Origin: Macrostomum lignano
Lineage: Eukaryota
Assembly (NCBI GenBank): GCA_002269645.1
Contig: NIVC01000301.1
Coordinates: forward strand, 418,460-482,459
DNA length: 64,000 bases
Direction: 5' to 3'
Position numbers and translations under genes: made by a program. Each line of letters begins with the position of its first letter. Within the stretch, counting starts at the first letter, position 1. The notes below the pieces were generated by a model. The model had not been told where the DNA came from. It ran no database searches and worked only from the letters and a program-made list of their open reading frames with translations. Shown here piece by piece: positions 60,109-64,000 of this stretch.

Positions 60109-60400
60109 CTTCGACGTCGACTGATTAAATTGTTGCGCTCTCACTTTCGGCCGATTTTGGAATCCAAGCAGACTACTCCGGAGGAAGACGTGTTGAAGAA
60201 ACGAGCTCGGAGAACCTGCCCGACAAAGAAGAGGAGCCAGCACCAGTAAGTGATCAATGAATTTTGTTCGCAGGCTTGAGGTCTGGAAGTGGGAGTTTTC
60301 GGGTGACTGATCACCACCCGATCAAACTCTTTAACAATGGGACTAACAACCCTGTATGATTATAATTGAATTTATTGGATTGAATTATAGATTAAACTTC

Positions 60401-61968
60401 TGTGGAATCAGTGAGTGGGGCGGCAGGGCCTCGTATATTTATTTTCGTAAATTTATTAGGGTGGTTAGTTGGGTGCTGATACGAAAAGAGGGTTGGAGTA
60501 CGCGACTGAGGAAGAGGTAAGATTAATGGGCCAATCAGAAGACGGCGAAGGGAAGAGATAAGAATGACAAGGGTGAATCAGAAGGCCGCGAAGGGAAGAG
60601 ATAAGAATGACAACGGTGAATCAGAAGGCCGCGAAGGGAAGAGATAAGAATGACAAGGGTGAATCAGAAGGCCGCGAAGGGACGAGATAAGAATGACAAC
60701 GGTGAATCAGAAGGCCGCGAAGGGACGAGATAAGAATGACAAGGGTGAATCAGAAGGCCGCGAAGGGACGAGATAAGAATGACAAGGGTGAATCAGAAGG
60801 CCGCGAAGGGAAGAGATAAGAATGACAACGGTGAATCAGAAGGCCGCGAAGGGAAGAGATAAGAATGACAAGGGTGAATCAGAAGGCCGCGAAGGGACGA
60901 GATAAGAATGACAAGGGTGAATCAGAAGGCCGCGAAGGGAAGAGATAAGAATGACAAGGGTGAATCAGAAGGCCGCGAAGGGAAGAGATAAGAATGACAA
61001 GGGTGAATCAGAAGGCCGCGAAGGGACGAGATAAGAATGACAAGAGTGAATCAGAAGGCCGCGAAGGGACGAGATAAGAATGAAAAGGGTGAATCAGAAG
61101 GCCGCGAAGGGAAGAGATAAGAATGACAACGGTGAATCAGAAGGCCGCGAAGGGAAGAGATAAGAATGACAAGGGTGAATCAGAAGGCCGCGAAGGGAAG
61201 AGATAAGAATGACAAGGGTGAATCAGAAGGCCGCGAAGGGAAGAGATAAGAATGACAAGGGTGAATCAGAAGGCCGCGAAGGGACGAGATAAGAATGACA
61301 AGGGTGAATCAGAAGGCCGCGAAGGGAAGAGATAAGAATGACAAGGGTGAATCAGAAGGCCGCGAAGGGACGAGATAAGAATGACAAGGGTGAATCAGAA
61401 GGCCGCGAAGGGACGAGATAAGAATGACAAGGGTGAATCAGAAGGCCGCGAAGGGACGAGATAAGAATGACAACGGTCAATCAGAAGGCCGCGAAGGGAA
61501 GAGATAAGAATGACAAGGGTGAATCAGAAGGCCGCGAAGGGAAGAGATAAGAATGACAACGGTGAATCAGAAGGCCGCGAAGGGAAGAGATAAGAATGAC
61601 AAGGGTGAATCAGAAGGCCGCGAAGGGACGAGATAAGAATGACAACGGTGAATCAGAAGGCCGCGAAGGGAAGAGATAAGAATGACAAGGGTGAATCAGA
61701 AGGCCGCGAAGGGAAGAGATAAGAATGACAAGGGTGAACTACAAAACAGAGTAAACAGGCAGATATCTGAAGAATAGATTAACAAATTTGCGACACAGGT
61801 GCTCGTAGCTAATGGCGTCACTTAAGCAGTGTGGTAGACAAGGTTCGAGAACAATAGGAAGTAAGTAAAACAAGAGCTATGGGACAATGAGGGAACAATA
61901 AATTGCGGAAGATGAGGAAATAAATTCGGGTGTTTGGGTTAGTGATCACGGGATTTGGGCGTGCGACA
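60401..61968 (-). mobile_element. Putative solo LTR inflated by an internal 43-bp array
   Basis: The minus strand starts TGTCGCA and ends TTCCACA, with AATAAA ~35 nt before the end. Flanks CTTC and CTGC match at 3 of 4 positions. No gag/pol sequence nearby. Confidence 0.4.
60531..61738. repeat. 43-bp minisatellite (GAATCAGAAGGCCGCGAAGGGAAGAGATAAGAATGACAAGGGT), ~28 units
   Basis: Directly visible purine-rich tandem array. Confidence 0.97.
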
Positions 61969-62467
61969 CTGCCACACCGTCTTTCTTGGGCGCTCTTGGG
62001 TTTGCGGGGATTTCAGAATTCGATGTACGTTCATGCGTACTCACAGTAACAATAAGAGTATAGTATGAAAAGGCAGTCAGTTTCTGGTCTAGTAGTACTT
62101 TTCCACTCACTAGCGACCGAAACTGCTGCTTTGACCGCGCTTCAATACGATGCGAAACCAATATTCCCGTGTAGAAAACAAAAATTTGAGTATGTTGAGA
62201 CTTTGTAGAGTCATTAAAAGTCCCACGCATCTTGTCCGTGAGAATAGAGAAAAAGGAATTTGTCAACTTAAACCTCTAGTTCGGATGCCTCCGCTATGGC
62301 TGCGCTAAACTAAAGAGACTAAAGAAAGAGATGGGAATATCAACTGTCATCACCCTCCGCCGTTGATACACACAACAGATGTACGAGTAAAAAGCGACTG
62401 AAAACTATGCAACAGTCATGCGATTGCTCAATTTTGCCTTTCGTTTGATGACGCTGTGAACGAGCCT

Positions 62468-63532
62468 TTAGTACTCTCCTAGGCATTGCGTGTTCAGGTT
62501 TGCAAATAAAAAAGAAAATGGCACCGCCATCATTGCGACTCCGAAGATGACGAACGCTTTAAAGAACACCCGATCAGCGGAAGATCCGACAGTCTTCCAT
62601 TCGTTTTCGACAAAACTGGCGTTGGAAGTCTGTGATGCCGATACGTCGCCATCCGCATCGGCTGTGGTGCGTGTGACTGTCCGCTTAGAACTTTCTCCGA
62701 CAACGAATCTGTTGAGGAAGAGTGCACGGACGACCCGGCTGCTGACGCTGCTCTCCTGTCTGAAGTGACAGCTGAGAACGAATGCGTTGCAGAGCACATT
62801 CAGGATTGTCATGACCACGGCCAAGCTGAAGTACCAGGCTGGAATGTGAGGCAAGTGTCAAATTCAGATAGACTGCTCACGCAATGGAAGCAATCGAGAG
62901 ACTCACTGATGAACGGCACGGACTCGCTCTGCGTAGGCGTGTAGTTGCCAACCAGCTGCAGGAACACGCACATGGACAGCACGATGGTGATGCTGAAGGA
63001 GACTCGCTCGCCACACTCTGGAGGCAGGCAAAAGGCGAGCGCGGAGACTCCAAGGAGAAGAATGCAGGGCAGCATCAGGTTTATCATGTAGAAAATCGGA
63101 AGTCGCTGCAATTACGAGCGTAGAATTCCTAATCTAGTATTTCATGTTTCTACGAGTAAAGCATGATTTCAAGAAATTGTACCAAGATCTGGACAACAAC
63201 TCACTTGAAATCCGACCCGGAGCTCGGCTGTGTCGTACAGGCCAAACGATCCGTTTTCTAGCCGGGCCCACAGAATGCAGAACTCGCTGCTCTTGATGAC
63301 GAGCACATCAGGCGCATCATTCTGGTACAGGGACTTGATGCGGACTCGAGTCGATCCCGTGACTTGCTGCAGACTCGAGAGCCTGACGAGACAGTTTTGC
63401 TCATCGAACGGAAACAGCTGCATTTGCATGCTGCACTTGGTGGACAGAATCATTCCTGTGCTCCACAGCACAATGCCTGAGGACATCACCGAAAGAATCG
63501 CGCGGCCCTCTGTAGCGTCCGAGATTTCCACC
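62468..63532 (-). CDS. Cys-loop ligand-gated ion channel, nAChR-like non-alpha subunit (copy 2, last three exons; 5' exons not found, presumably beyond the window)
   Basis: Exons 63532-63205 (328 nt), 63105-62907 (199 nt) and 62838-62468 (371 nt) are the same sizes as in copy 1, with high sequence identity and the same Cys loop. Confidence 0.9.
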
Positions 63533-64000
63533 CTAGAGTGAATTGTTTAAATGAAGGCACTCATTGAGAGCAGTTTCAATTCGTCAGTCGTCAGAACGTC
63601 AGAACTTAATTTCTTCAGTAGTCTCTGCAGTGCATGCATCAAGCAGGATATCTTTTTTAGTTTGATTGAGTAGCTTTTTATTTAATCCATTTGCTTGTAG
63701 AGCGTATGTCCGAGACACAAAAATTTTGTTGCACTGGGATACCTGCAAAGGTTTTCCTAATTGGGTTATTTTATACCTAAGTTCGAAATTTTCCCTTTAT
63801 CAGTTTGCGTTGCCTTAAGAAGTCCAAGGTTATGGCCTCTTCTTTCAATGCGTCGATCCAACGCTGAGCGGAAGAATTAAAATTAAACAGAATTAAATGG
63901 CGCTGAATGGAGTTGCAACCGCGAGCACGACAACAGCTCGAGTTTAACATTGAGCTGCTCCTTTTTCAGTATTAGTATTAATCAGTATAATAATAATAAT

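Noticed and set aside
59820-61738. Regular 25-bp and 43-bp arrays as possible CRISPR arrays
   Set aside because: The units are head-to-tail with no unique spacers, there are no cas genes, and the context is eukaryotic.

Overview
Repeat-rich animal genomic DNA with GC-rich, intron-split exons, AT-rich spacers and many minisatellites. The style resembles the flatworm Macrostomum lignano, but that assignment is inference only. Genes supported from the sequence: (1) a disabled gene for a large secreted protein with beta-sandwich repeats, an F5/8-type C domain and Asp-boxes (minus, 689-4730); (2) a 3-exon TSPAN3-like tetraspanin (9375-18875); (3) a 17-exon, ~1317-aa coiled-coil gene including a GC-AG intron (22856-32920); (4) a TRIM2/3-like coiled-coil, filamin and NHL gene with no visible RING/B-box (minus, 38552-40626); (5) an intronless, divergent RPS24 (49732-50088); (6) a 2-exon gene fusing ankyrin repeats to a catalytically dead caspase-8-like domain (52199-53840); (7) two tandem divergent nAChR-like Cys-loop channel genes (minus, 55544-57653, and 62468 to beyond the window). 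Mobile DNA: two 5'-truncated RT+RNase H LINEs, each with a 14-bp target-site duplication; four copies of a tRNA-headed, CORE-like SINE; a Kolobok-like element carrying a 178-bp satellite; a MULE remnant; a THAP fragment; and a possible solo LTR. Most long ORFs in the supplied track between 13 and 31 kb are artefacts of tandem repeats. No CRISPR array, rRNA or intact tRNA gene was found. The leading candidates for novel biology are the ankyrin-pseudocaspase and the ligand-site-divergent tandem channels. All coordinates and alignments were read by eye.
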